64,000 nucleotides of DNA from Balanoglossus misakiensis (taxonomy: Eukaryota; Animalia; Hemichordata). The notes beneath the pieces were generated by a model. That model did not search any database. It worked only from the letters and a program-made list of their open reading frames with translations, and was not told the DNA's origin. The stretch lies in assembly GCA_040954595.2 (NCBI GenBank), contig CM082578.2, positions 1,222,831 to 1,286,830 on the forward strand, given 5' to 3'. Of this stretch, positions 14,128 through 27,686 are shown one piece after another. The position numbers were made by a program, and so were the translations under genes. Positions within the stretch are counted from its first letter, which is position 1. Each line of letters starts with the position of its first letter.

Positions 14128-15011
14128 AACGGATGAGTCGTAATAATATGCTTCAATCATAGGGGCTTTGAAAATTATTAAAAAAAAAAAATAATGTACT
14201 CACAACCGACATTTATACAACAGACAGCTCAAGAAACTCCTCCATGTGTACAATACTTTGCCAATTTAGTGACAACATCAGCTTGCAGAGCACGTGAGCA
14301 CCGCTTTCGCCAGCCTGTGGTGCCCGCATATCTTTTTTGTTCAGCAGTAACATGCACGACACATGCAGAGACACAAACGTCCATGTTGCAAATTGTAGAT
14401 GAAAGCATCAGCTGCGCTGGTTTTATGGTCAGCATCACTGGCTGTTACATGAAAACTGTTTGTCACATACCTTAACCAACATATACGTGTATCTGTATGG
14501 AAAGAAAGTAGGCTCACCCCCGGTACAGTATTATTTTTTTTGCATGCACGCAATGGCCTGAATTTGCTAAACTGGGATCATCTGCGCGCATTTCAAAACG
14601 TGCTCGTTGCTTAACTTCGCGTGCTTTACTACTCACAATTATTCCACTTGTGAACGAACACGTCACCCAATTTTACAGTGTAGCCATGTGGAAAACTGGT
14701 GACAAGGTAATGTTTCATTCGAAGATCAACCTACGTTCAGAAAGTTTGCATTGTGGTGAATTCTCACTGCTCTCGCAATGCGGTCTGTGGCTCACTGCCG
14801 CAGACCGCATTACACGTAGAAATAAATTCTGTACGTCACAGTTCGTAGGTCGCATAGGTCATGGAGTTAATCCATTATACATTGCGGCTTACAATTTCTC
14901 GTGACCGTCTTATCATGCAGCTTGTGTGTTACTGACCACTGACGCATGTCAAAACACTCAATATTTTTTTTAAATTTGCAAAATCTTTCATTTTAAAGTC
15001 GTGATACTCAC

Positions 15012-16100
15012 TGCAGATAGCATTCTTTTCAGTAGGAACTATTTCTGCTGCCATTTCAATATTGTCTGTATTCCATGTAAATATATTTCCTCCAATTGAA
15101 CAGTCCCCCGCCACAGCTGCAACCTCTTCTGCAGTCAGAACTTTTAACCACATGTATGTCATTTAGTCAAGACAATTTGGGAGAACTGTAGTTTAAAGCC
15201 TCCAAAGCTGCCACTTTTTGCATTATTTTCATGATTTTATTTTCCAACTTAAATTGGTTCATCAAAATAAGCTTACTGATTGGTATACATAAACATCTTA
15301 TCGATGCCCGATTGTGACTGCATGTTGCAATTGGAACATGCTATGTATTAAAACGGTGCCTCACCGATTTAATCAGCCTTCATACAAACAATAGCAGCTA
15401 AGCAGCTATCGTGAAATGCGACGCCAAGTGATGACAAACCAATGCAAATGCAAGTAATATGGCTTAATGGTCACGGGTGAAGATTTTAGGGAATAGGGAA
15501 TATACATATGAAGTATTTTACTCTGGAAAAAAATATGCCAATTTTAGCAGCTATAGGGTTTTTAAAGCGCGGGCGAAGTATGAAAAGATGCAGTAAATAT
15601 CGATACATTGTATTTTGGAGGTTTCTCATAACCATGATTGGTTGGCTAATTATGCGGCGTTTTCTAAATAAAAGGAACAATATTAATTTATTGTTGGGGC
15701 TCACCTCCGTTAACATCTTGCCGTCTCTGCTGAGTGTTGGCCTCTTCCAGCGGCACGTGTTTGTCCTTTACGTCCTGTAAAATATTTAGAATAGCGCTGC
15801 CATTTGATCAAAGGATAAGCTGGCTTCGCGTGTTAGGGATGTGTGTCTGACGACTATGCCTCGAAGCAAAAGACACAGCCGACCCTGCCACGCAGATTCA
15901 TTTGTTGTGTCACACATTTTCGATCCAAGAAGAGAATATCAACCTTGACGTTGCGAAAATGACAAGAAACTTTCACTCATATAGGTTGTGTGATTACTTA
16001 CCCGCAACTTGTTGGGAATTGCTGTCACCAGAGGCGCCCACAGCGTGAAAGCCAGAATGACTGCGACGCCTGCATTGGAGTTCGTCATGAATGGAAACAT
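15012..16100 (-). pseudogene. Decayed secreted pentraxin-domain gene; exons 16100-16002, 15774-15705, 15185-15012
   Basis: Signal-peptide-like exon MFPFMTNSNAGVAVILAFTLWAPLVTAIPNKLR|gtaagt; phase-compatible exon 2; exon 3 VLPNCLD*MTYMWLKVLTAEEVAAVAGDCSIGGNIFTW matches the pentraxin C-terminal MWxxVLTxEE..C..GN..W pattern but has an in-frame stop and lacks most of the domain. Confidence 0.6.
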
Positions 16101-18537
16101 CGATGAACACGTTCGGTCTTCGATGAGGCTAGTGTCCACAGAATAGGCATTCTTTTAAAACGCAGCTGGGAGGTGGTAAATCCATTGTGATCACCATGCT
16201 ATTAGTAGCCCAAGCAGTCAAAATTTGCGAAAAATATATCAATATGGAAAAATATATCAATGGGATCAATAGTTATTAAGCACTTTTTAAAAACAAATGA
16301 CACCGTAAGATCAATTATCTTGTTCTCCGCGACAAGTTTCAACATGGTATGTCAGCGCTACCAGTGAATAATATTATTAGAAACTATGACAGCTGTAACC
16401 GTGCGATTAATGATTTGATCAATTTTAATCATATACTTGTAAATATTTGCGCGGGTGCTGGTTTAATAAACTGTGTTGATATATAGGTGGAAGACTGTTT
16501 AGTTTTCCAGTCAATTATGTGATGTATTACGCCTGACGCTTAAATGATTTGGTCCAGGGAGAATAACCGTGTTTGGCCGGTCAAGCGAACCCTGGATCTT
16601 GCAGGCTCTGCCCACTTTCCAATCAACAACCATTGAGCATGCGCAGTTGATACTTCACATTGTAAACGTTGATGGCGTCGCTGTATACAGCCCGAACGCA
16701 ACCACCCAACGATGAGGGCGTTTATTGGAAAAAGTCACGTGACTATTTTCAAAATGGTAGCTTATTTATGTGGTTGCGCTAACCTTCATAAAACACGGGC
16801 GATTTTGTCCGATTGGAGAGTCTTTACCTTGAAATGACAACAGTATCGATAAAACTAGAATCGTACGGATATGTTGGCAGATTATCGCGCCTTAAGCATG
16901 GTGGGATTGGGTTGTAGACGTTTTTTCCCCACGATCGACCGTGAATGAAAAACGGAGGTATTGCGATGTTTTTCAAGTTTACCGACCCGTATCTCAAGAA
17001 ATATTGGAGGTTGCACAATAATCTTCACACCGCAAGTTAGGTAATTTATCAGTCTAAAGCTGTGTGAAATTTGAAGTGTTTCGGACGTTTTATATAAAAG
17101 TGCTGCACTTTCTCGTGAACCCTTCATTTTCCGGTGAACGCGAGTTATTGTGACATTTCTCAAGTTCACCTATCCGTCTTTTAAGAAATATTTAAGGTTG
17201 CCCGACAGTTTTTACATCGCGAGTTAGGTTATTTATCAATCTAACGCTAGGCAAAATTTGAAGTGTTTCAGACGTTTTATAAAAAAGTGCGGCGCTTTCT
17301 TGTGAACCTTGCACTTTACGTGACGCGGCTCGACTTCCGCGTTTCGTGCAGGCGCAGCCAGTGTACACGATGTGAAGTGAACTGCGCGATTTGTTTTGTC
17401 TAGTGACCATGGAACGAGCCACACTTTCTTGGATATAATAAACAAAACAAAAAATACTGTAAAACTGTGTATGACTCTGTTCCTACAGATATATTCCTAC
17501 GATTTGCAATGTCAATTTTCAGTGCATTATTGCCGATGCTACGGCCGGATGCTACGGGCACTGTTAGCTCTGCTTGGCTGGGCTGCGTGTCTTATCACCG
17601 CAGACGTACACACAAAGCCCCGGCTGCCACGCAGAGCTACGGGCACTGTGTACGTGCACGTATGTCCACGGTTCATCTTGATTGCCACAGTGATTCATAG
17701 TTTGAAGACTTGAGCACAGTGTCAAAAGAAAAGAAATGACTGAAGTTATGTTTATTGAGAACAAGCTTTTGTAATTTGTCTATTCTGATACATAGACTGA
17801 CCGCGTCCACGATATAGGCACTACGTACGACTACGAATGAAATCCTCAACTAGGCCCCCTGTGACTTTGGCCTTCCACTCTCCACAAACTGTTCAGAACG
17901 GGGAGAGAGCAAGGGGAGGCAGTACAAGATTTATACGCTGAAATACAGCGATCATGCTAGCCAATTTCGACACAACGAAAATTTGATGATTGCAGACTCT
18001 GCAGAGCAACACTTCGGCGATACAACTCGGCCAAGTACGTGCAATTCTATGAGCTACTCTGAGGCTGTTGCGTCACAATACGGGCTGAGTTTAAGGAGCT
18101 CTTGAGCGAATACCTCTGGGGGTTGCATCATGATTTTTTTAATTTTATTACAAGATATATCGAATTCACTGAAAATGATGTTTAAATTTAAAAATTCATT
18201 TTTATATAAAAGTGCGGCAGTTCGTAAAAACCCGGAAGTGCGGCGTGTTTTGATTTTAGTTGTTCTGGGGTCACTCCGTAATTCGCTCATTTTTGCAAAG
18301 AAAACATGTTTTTTACCAACAAAAAACATACAGATATGTAGTTTAGATATAATTTTGGCCATGTTATCAGTTTGAGTCATTCAACTGCCGTCCCTGCTTG
18401 TTAATTTGGCATTAAAAAAAGCGCGGGACTTTCGCATGCCACTTCTGGCTGTGTGTACGACAGAACGTTGAGGGCGTCACCAGAACTAAAAAACTGGGCA
18501 ATTAACGGTCAAATGGCTGACCTGCGTTCGGGCTGAT

Positions 18538-21500
18538 ATGCTTCTGGACCGCTGTCGCCCGACTATGTCGGCAAAGAAGAGACGAATTTAACCAAGCAAC
18601 GCCATATCGGAAGATAGAATGATCGCGAGATGAAACCGGGATATCCAACGATTTGGCAGCCATGTTGATTGATTGGTAAGTCGCCGAAGTAACTATTTGC
18701 CATTGATTTGTTTACCAGAAACGGTTTGCCTTTGGAACACATTTGACCTCACCGAAATTGATTTCAGAGTTTTTTCCCAAGAACTAATGACGTTCGTTTT
18801 CACCTTTCTGTCCCGAAGTTGCAAACGTGTTGTCTCTGAGAAAATAAATGTGATTTGTACCCGCGATAATCATAGTTCGGATTTCAACCCACAACATCAA
18901 CGCCAGCCATTCACCAACATGTGCCAGATAATGTTTATCAGTCATATTTTCTCAGTCTGAATTTACAAAAGACTAATTGTATTGTATGCACATTGCAATT
19001 TTAATATGTAACACGTTTGACCTGAGTGGGAGGATGGATTGAAGGGACACAAGCTTTTGTAGCCACTTATATTTTGACACTGTTTATATAAATGTTGAGC
19101 TGGCATATTTGTTCCCTTATGATGTAGTGTACCTGTTGCATTGAAATGAAGCTGTAATATTAAAGTGCAATTTAGTCCTTTGGTTTACTGGGAAAATGAG
19201 GTCAATAAATGACAGGTTTATTTAGATATATGATATATTTCTCACAAGCACTTATGCATATGTATGAGATACTTATTTATTTTTAATTTATGTATTTATT
19301 TTTTATTTATTTTGTACGTTCAGGTAATCATATGGATTTGTATGGAATCACATACACATCAATTGAAGACTATCATATCACAGAAGTCGAGCCTCCACAT
19401 GTGTAAGGTAACCATTTAGGTTTCATGACTAAGTTTGTTTAAGAATTCATAAAGCACGAATTCTACCTAATGAATGAATTTTCTTAGAATTTCACAACTG
19501 TGACAGGGTTTGCAGTTATGCGAAAAAGTGTTATTATTCACATACGAAACTTTTCGTATACATTTTTCTGATGGCAATGCATTTAACTTTGAACAAATAT
19601 TGACGTCAGTTAGTAGTGCTATTTTGTCAGTGAAATTGCTTCATCATCATCCCTCCAACCAAAGTTGAAACTGAGTTGCAAATATTGCACAGCTTGAAAT
19701 CATAAAATGTTGCAAAATTGAACCAACAGTTCGGTCAACGATTATGTTCTTACAGCTATTATTAGAAGCAGACAGTCTCAGGGAACAAGATACATGGGCC
19801 TGATTTGCAAACTGAGTTGGAACTAACCTTGCCTGCCCATGGATGCGCCAATTCAGTGAATCTTATCGTATTAAAAATGAATATGGAGAACTATTCTCTG
19901 TGTTGTGATTGTTAGCCTACATGTATACATATATACCTTGAGTGATTCCACTTTCTTCAGTGTCCTGTGAATTCAGTTGCCATAACTTGCGCTTCACACA
20001 GCGCATACATGTAGGTCTAATCAATTGGGCAACTGGGTCTTACAATATTATCTGATGCCTCTTACTGGCCAAAGGACCACAAGTTGCATTTTCACATCGC
20101 ATATAAATAGAAAACCCATTAATTTCTACTGTATGATTTTATTGACGATTCAATAGTTTCATGACTGTTAGTGTTAATTACAATACCTAAATTTCCAAAT
20201 GAAAGCATGCTGTCAGTTTTCATGTGATTGATATTAATTTTACAATTTCAAAATATGCTTAGCTCTGAATGATTATGAACATATCAAACTTCATGTTAAA
20301 TAAACTGTCTTGATATTGTATACATTAAGGCCTACTACCAGTGTCACAACATTGATTTCCTGCATTTTTGCTCATGCCTTCTGACCAGTCAGTTGCCTCT
20401 GTATGTGTGTATGTATGGATGTATGTATGTCTGTCCACATCAAAAACTTGAAAACCCCTTCGCGTATCCCCTTGATATTTGGTGTGTAGATGCAGGCCAG
20501 CCTGTAAATAGGATTTTGTTCATATTAAGAAGGTTGAAGTATTTTCATGATTGGTTTTATTTGATTACTCCAGAAACATACAATACAGAGTCTGTGTGGT
20601 AAGTCTTGATATTGGGTTTTTAGATGCAGGCACGCCTGTTCAAATGAAATATGCTAATTACCTGGAGCAATGTGAAATTGATCAAAACTCAGAAACTCAA
20701 CAACTGGTCAGATTGCTTTGAACATTTGTATGCATGTAGCTTATGTCACGCCTGATATACTTTCAGCTAATATCGTGAATTGTATCTAGAATTTAGTATG
20801 CTATTTCCTATAGGTAATCTTTGTTAGTATTGTTTAAATTGTGGCAAAATTTGTAATTTTTGGGAAATTTTGTCATTTTTGGTCAAAAATCATTTTCTCT
20901 GAAACTCCATGTCAGGTCAGGTTGCATTTTAATTTTGGTTTGCTTGTTCCATGAGGTAACCCAAGTAATGTTGTATATCATTTTGGTGAAATTTGCATAT
21001 TTGTGGTCTTGAGGCAATTTTTGCAATTTTTATTCTTTGAAACCGCATGTCAGATTGCTTTCAATTTTGGTAGGCATGTTCCTTGTGGTGATTGAAGTGA
21101 GATATTGTTGGATTTGTTGATATCTGAATTTTTGTGGTTGAGGCAGTTTTTGTCATTGTTGAAGAAATGTTGTTTTCACTGAAAATACTCCGATTCCTGT
21201 GAAATTGTATTAGGTTACCTGGTAGGTCATATCTGCTTGGCAATGTCACAGCGGTGTACACACCTATTTTTGTGTAATCCAAAGTGTCTAATAACCTAGC
21301 AAATATTTACTAGTAAATCATGTATGTTCTACTTCTTACAAGGTTGAAGTATGTTGATGTCTGGGTTAAATGGGATTCTTCAGAAACATACAATACAGAG
21401 TCTGTGGTACAGTTCATGGTCACATTCAGAATTACCTAGTCTATATCCAGCCGTGTTCTGTCCGCTTTGCTTCCAAAAGTATCATCTAGTGTCATGCATG

Positions 21501-23415
21501 CCACTTGCCCAATAATCTGACACCCCTTGCTGGGAAATTTGATGTAACAAGTGTCCCTTAGTGAAGTTATTAACATAAACTGAACAATGTTGATTTGGCG
21601 TAAGATTATAGTGAAGGCAGGGCTTATTACATTGAAAATGCTATCCAGCCTTAATTACACATTATGAATATCTTTTGTCCAATCATCGGAAAAACAATGT
21701 ACCATAGACTTGCATAGCACTTTGAAGGTGAATCGCAAGTGGTCACTTTAATTACATTACCTCAAGCAGTCTTTTACATGTAGCTATAATAAGACAAACA
21801 TTCCCGGTGTAATTAACATCACTGTTGTTATTAGTATCTATCTCCGATAAGTATCAAGTCTGCCTTATGTTATTTTAAGTCAATTGTCAGGTTCATGTAC
21901 ATATTTTACAACTTATCTATCTTGTCAAAAACTTTCGCATGTACCTAATTCTAGGCTTACCAGTAGGGTTATAGATACAGTGTATTATATTAACATGCAT
22001 TAATATGAAACTAAATGTTGATGGTTAATTAAAGACCCCCTTGAGCTATGGTAACCTCATTAAATATGTGCATATCTTATTCTAGTGGATGTGGTAACCT
22101 GGACATGGACAACTTCGGGGTCAAAATCTTTTGACAAACTTTTGGGTGATCTTGGGTAAACTTTGACCTACATTCCTATATCTTGGCATCCGGCACAGAT
22201 ACATCCTTGACACTTGGAGTGATGGAAGTATGTAATGGAATATTATGTCTTGCCTCATTAATTATGTACATACCTAATGCCAGCCTAACCAATAGGGCTG
22301 GAAGTCTGCCTTTTTTTGGACATGATAAATTTGAGATCAACATTTTTCTACAGCAGCCAGCCTTCTCTTAAAAAGAATGGACAATATAAAGGCTTTGCTG
22401 GTATACTGAACTTTTGACTCCCTCCCTGAGACTGTGTGCCAATGACGGGATAGCCTACTCAGCGTTGGGTAGATCCTAAGAAGGCCTCAGCCAGGCATCA
22501 GATACAAAAAGCGGAAATCCAAGCTTTAATGGTGGGTTACATCGTTAACTTCCCTGCAGAGCTGATTTCTCAGACTGTGAGCCAATGGCGGGTAAAGCCC
22601 CTAGGTAGGGGCCACCTAAGACATGCTTTAGTCACAAAGAAGGGCAAGTTCAGTCATACCATAACTTTGTCTGCTGTATATGCTTCATAATGATTGCATG
22701 GTATTTTGAGAATACATTGTCTTAAGGCAGTGTGACCAGCTAAAAAGTACTGGCAAACACAGCCAATGTGTAATAAAAAACATCTCATGTGGCTAAATAA
22801 AAGACATAAAACACAGCAAAAGCACTGTGACTAGCTGAGACATAATACTCCATTATGCATTTCCATCACTCCAAGTGTCAAGGTTGCATCTGCTCTGGAT
22901 GCCAAGATATAGTAATGTTGGTCAAGGTTTACCCAAAGTCACCCAAAGTTTTGTCAAACAATTTTGACCCCAATGTTGTCCATGTTTAGGTTTCTCCCTC
23001 CACTGGATAGCCTACAATTAGATATGCAAATATTTAATGACGTTACTATAGATTATGGCGGTCCTAAATTAACCATGAAATTATAGTTTCATGTTAATTC
23101 TTGTTATTACAAAACACTGTATCTATAACCCTTCTGGAAGCCATACTTTGTTTCATGCTACCCAATATGTGAAAGTAGGTAAAAAATCAGCCAAGGTTAT
23201 TTGAAATTTTGCTGAAAAAAATCCGGTCCCTGACATTTGGTAAAGGGGTCAAGACACTTGGCAACACATTTTTGTCCCAGATTAGAACATATTCATAAAA
23301 AACTCAGGGAAAGAAGGAAGTTTTTCACAGCTTTGGTGCTTCAAATAGTAGAGAGGTTCCCAAGTTATTTCAATGAAACCTTAATGTCAACATTACATCG
23401 TTAGACTCAAACTCA
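18538..23415 (-). repeat. Right arm of giant inverted repeat
   Basis: Reverse complement of 4650-10218; homology ends abruptly after ttagactcaaactca at 23415. Confidence 0.85.
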
Positions 23416-23429
23416 TCTTTTGAGCGTCA

Positions 23430-23655
23430 GATTTGAGGAGACGGAGAAGCCTGGCGGGAAACGTAAGCGCAAGTCCAGTCGACCCGTTGTCGACTCGGCC
23501 GATGAGACAGAAGCTCCACCCCGGAGTGATGAGGTGACTGCGGAGGCGGGCGAACCAGCCAGTACCCCGACAGAAGCTCCACCCAGGAGTGACGAGGTGA
23601 CTTCAGAGGCTGACTTACAATCCAGTAAGCAGCAGAAGTCTGGCGGGAAACGTAA
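23430..23655. repeat. GC-rich minisatellite (60-bp unit and a longer duplication) interrupted by an Academ-type insertion; one more partial unit at 25721-25748
   Basis: gacagaagctccacc..ggagtga.gaggtgact occurs twice 60 bp apart; ctggcgggaaacgtaa twice; accagccagtaccccgacagaag at ~23554 and ~25726. Confidence 0.7.
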
Positions 23656-25720
23656 TAGACCATGAGCCAGTAGGGGTTTACCTCCCCCCCCCCCCCCCCC
23701 CCCCGGGGGAATTTTCGAGAAATGTGAGGTTTTGCAAAACATGTCTCTGTGCAATTGTACTGATGAAAACTGATGAAAACTGTGATGTGTTTGGTATCAA
23801 CAGAAAGCTGATTGAGTAAAGTATCTAATTATTGCAAAAAATTGATATAATAATCAATTACGTCATCATTACGTCATACTTCCAAGTACCCTTACCAATT
23901 AGTGACTATGATGACAAGTTATTACCCTAGGAGATAGGTGCCTTTAAATAAAAAAATTGGTAAGGAAGGTTTGTGAAGTCCATTCTAGTAAAAAATGGTG
24001 CTGATTCCAAAAAAGTCAGTCTTATTGACCCCACCCAAGAAAAAATTGCCATTTTAGCACTTTTTAACCCAAAAAATGTCATTTTTAGAAAACACTAAAA
24101 ACACACTGTTTTCATCACATTCGAAGATCTGATGACATATGATATGCCTATTCTATGTAAAATTCGGTTGATATTACGAAATAAGCAGTCTGACTGACCC
24201 CAAACGAGACAGAATTGCCTTTTTGACCATTTTTTGCCCAACAAAGTCATTTTTAGACAAAACTTAAAACACACTCTACTCTTCATATTGATTGATTTGA
24301 TGATATATGGAAAGTCAATTCTATGTGTAAAGTGGTGACTATAAAACATAAAGCAGTCTTTTTTGACCCCAATCAATACAAAAATGCCATTTTTGGCCAC
24401 ATTTTTGAGGTCAAAAAGGTCATTTTTACAAAAAAACCTAAAAACAAACTGTTTTCTTCATATTCAGAGATCTGATTATGTATGAAAAGTCCATTCTATG
24501 TAAAAAAAAAAATCTGATTGACCCCATTCTAGTCAAAATTGCGTTTTTGGCAATTTATTGCCTAAAAAGACCTACTGAAGACAAATTTATCATTTTAAAC
24601 ATTTTCTAGAGAAAAAATGTTTGCATTTGGAGATAGCCCAAATTGAACTCATAATGATGATGAAACAGCGTCGAGAGTAAAAGAAGTTATAAGAATTGAA
24701 CCAAAGTCACATCGATGAATCTAAACACGTCGCCCAGGACCAAGCATTAAACATGATACAGGCGACAAAAAGACAGGCACTGCACATGGCAAAGTCCCAA
24801 ATATTCACTTAGAGCATCTCCAAATTGAAACGTCAAGGAATTTAAGAGTTTTTAGTATATTTATTAGGTTTAAACCCACATTTTCCCTGTTGTGTTGTAG
24901 TTCAGGGGCCAGTTTTAGCTCTATTGAGTATTTAGCATCGTGGGATTGCACCCCTGTCCAATCAAAATGACGGAGGTATCATGATATAATATAATTTCTG
25001 ATTTTGTATTCCGAACGAAGAGGATAAATGTCAACAATCTATCCGGAGCTGGTATAGATGTACATAAAAAAATTTATACCATGTATAACCGACTTATAGT
25101 ATACAGTGTGAATACATGGATCGTCTCGTTTTATTGTTGAGTTCCATTTTAGGCTAAATGTGCCAAATTGTGGCAACTCTGCCTTTCAATATCATCAATT
25201 CAACTGATATCATATGGTATGACATTTTAAATATGCAAATATAACATCAAAACTCAAAAGGCAAAAAACACCAATTATTTTGTTTTCTGAAAAAGACAAT
25301 TGTTGACTAGAAGATGGCTTAGTGGCAATTTTGTATTGAGTGGGGTCTTAATAAGACTGTTGTGTTGGTATCAGCATATTTTTTGCAAAAAATGGACTTT
25401 CCATTCATAATCAAACATTTAAATACGAAGAAAACAGCTTGTTTTCATTTTTTCTTGAAATGACCTTTTTGACAAAAATGGCCAAAATGACAATTTTGTA
25501 GGGCTGAAAAGTATTTTTTTTTGGAATCGGCTCCCTTTCAACAAAAATGGACCTTCTCCGTACATCATAAGATCTCTGAAAATAAAGAAAGAAGTTTCAA
25601 ACAGTTACCTTTTTGAGTAAAGTGGCCAAAATGGCATTTTTTCCCTCTGTGGAGTCAGTAAGAGTGCTTTTTTGGAAAAATCGCTACTTTTAAGATAGAA
25701 TGGACTTTTATTTATTATTA
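23656..25720 (+). mobile_element. Truncated non-autonomous Academ-type element, same family as 47710-52069
   Basis: Starts TAGACCATGAGCCAGTAGGGG; collinear with 47710-49925 with indels; right TIR absent. Confidence 0.85.
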
Positions 25721-26454
25721 GGGCGACCAGCCAGTACCCCGACAGAAGATCGTTACCAAACCAGAGTATGCGTTTTAGATTAGATAGAAACCTAATGTCT
25801 GGCTTTTCAATTTTCAAAAGTCGGTCGAACATTCGAGATATTATCGATCGAAAAGTGTCACTCGTCCTGGGGACGTGCGTTACCGACGTAAAATGGCGTT
25901 TGGGCGATGTCGCAAATTTCTCTCTGAAAGGTATACATAGGACATACTGTTTCATGAAAAAAAAATCATAGCAAATATAACAGTGATGCACATGAACAAC
26001 GTCCACCATGACTGGGAGGAGCTGAGCTGAGCTCACGCATAGTTTCATACACATACACAACCCGGCGATCGAACACGGCACTTCCGGTCACCAGATTCGC
26101 AATGGTTTTGTATACGGATTTGTTGTATTTTTCCGTTTTTTATTCATGATTAATCCAACACTTTTCAAGACACATTCTAAGCAAAAATGAAAATTATTGA
26201 CTACACTTCGATGGCACTCTCTGCTCCGTAGAACAAAGTGTCCCCCCTGTCCCCCCTTTTTGGTAACGCACGTCGCCAGACTCCATGAGAGCGATTGCAT
26301 ACCCTTCCTTACATCAGTACATACACTGTATACGAACGCGTCTGTCCTGGCTAGCAACGGAGTCGTACGATCGTCTGCCGCGCGCGCTGGGCCGGGCGCG
26401 TGCGCGCGTGCGGTTGTAGATTGCTCCATCACTTCCGCGGAACGCGGCGCTAGT

Positions 26455-26912
26455 TAGTCTCGGTTACCCAGACGCCTTTGCTCTTCCGATGCTCTCCAGA
26501 AAAGGGGTCTGGGGAAATGCTATTGAAAGCTTTGTAAAACAAAATGGCCGATGTCAGGATTTTGATCATCGCCTGATTGGCTGAGCTGTCAGTATGACCC
26601 GGGTCACTGACTCTCGACAATGTGTGATTATTTGTCGTATCTTCATATCAAGAGACCGGTACTTGTTGGTTGATGCGAAAGGCAAAAGGCGTCCTCTGTT
26701 AGCATTGTTGGAGAAATTATATGAACTATCTTTGGTAGACGGTTGTCGAAACTATTGCAGTGACCCGGGTCATACTGACAGCTCAGCCAATCAGGCGATG
26801 ATCAAAATCCTGACATCGGCCATTTTGTTTTACAAAGCTTTCAATAGCATTTCCCCAGACCCTTTTCTGGAGAGCATCGGAAGAAGCAAAGGCGTCTGGG
26901 TAACCGAGACTA
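26455..26912. mobile_element. AcademH-type MITE (458 bp, ~155-bp TIRs, 9-bp TSD)
   Basis: TAGTCTCGGTTACCCAGACG...CGTCTGGGTAACCGAGACTA flanked by GGCGCTAGT at 26446-26454 and 26913-26921; TAG termini with 9-bp TSD fit AcademH. Confidence 0.85.
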
Positions 26913-27224
26913 GGCGCTAGTGCGTTCGCTCGCATATTTTGCAAGTCCAGCTGTAGCTAGGCCGTTCGTGAGTGTAGTTCTCGTTCACATAAAAAAAAAC
27001 ACGAAATAATTTATTGTGTGTTCGTTTAGGCCTATGCTAAATTATCCATACACTTTATTGTTCCATGACGCCCGTGGTCTAGCTAGCCCCACACCCTCTA
27101 GCGAATGAAGTAAATAAACATCATGAAAGAGATAGTGTTGGTCCCCCCCCACGCATTAGTACATACAAGGTAGCGAATTTTTGTGTTACATGTATCAGCA
27201 AAAAGCCCTACTTGTTGTCATCTA

Positions 27225-27406
27225 AATGGTTTCTGCGTGCATAAATTATAGAGCTGACATCAATGGTTTCTGCGTGCATAAATTATAGAGCTGACATCAA
27301 TGGTTTCTGCGTGCATAAATTATAGAGCTGACATCAATGGTTTCTGCGTGCATAAATTATAGAGCTGACATTAATGGTTTCTGCGTGCATAAATTATAGA
27401 GCTGAC
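27225..27406. repeat. 37-bp tandem repeat x5
   Basis: aatggtttctgcgtgcataaattatagagctgacatc repeated. Confidence 0.95.
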
Positions 27407-27686
27407 ACGTGCCCAATCCAGTTTGTGGTTCGGGTTACCGCACGTACGTAGGCCTACATCACTGTACGATACTGCTACAGCATGTAAAGCGCCTACAGAT
27501 CGGAGTCCTAGCCTCGCCCGTTCTGTTTTCTTTCAATGTTTTTTTGTTTTTTTTTGCGTGCATGTCATACAAAAGTTACATAATCTTTGTGTGCATGCAT
27601 CACAGTTTTACAAGAAGCTTACAATTAAACGATGGTCAATAAATATTAGCTCATGATATTTTTATCTGACTGTATTTTCATTTTGG

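Noticed and set aside
17549-17713. Signal-peptide-like MLRALLALLGWAACLITA as first exon of the uif-like gene
   Set aside because: No convincing splice donor, overlaps a local repeat (ctacgggcactgt twice) and lies 26 kb upstream inside repeat DNA; unsupported.
23420-23665. 81-aa acidic/basic ORF with repeated TEAPPRSDEVT
   Set aside because: Arises from the minisatellite; no ATG start, splice or domain support.
27225-27406. 37-bp repeats of CRISPR-like length upstream of a nuclease gene
   Set aside because: Head-to-tail with no spacers; ordinary minisatellite.
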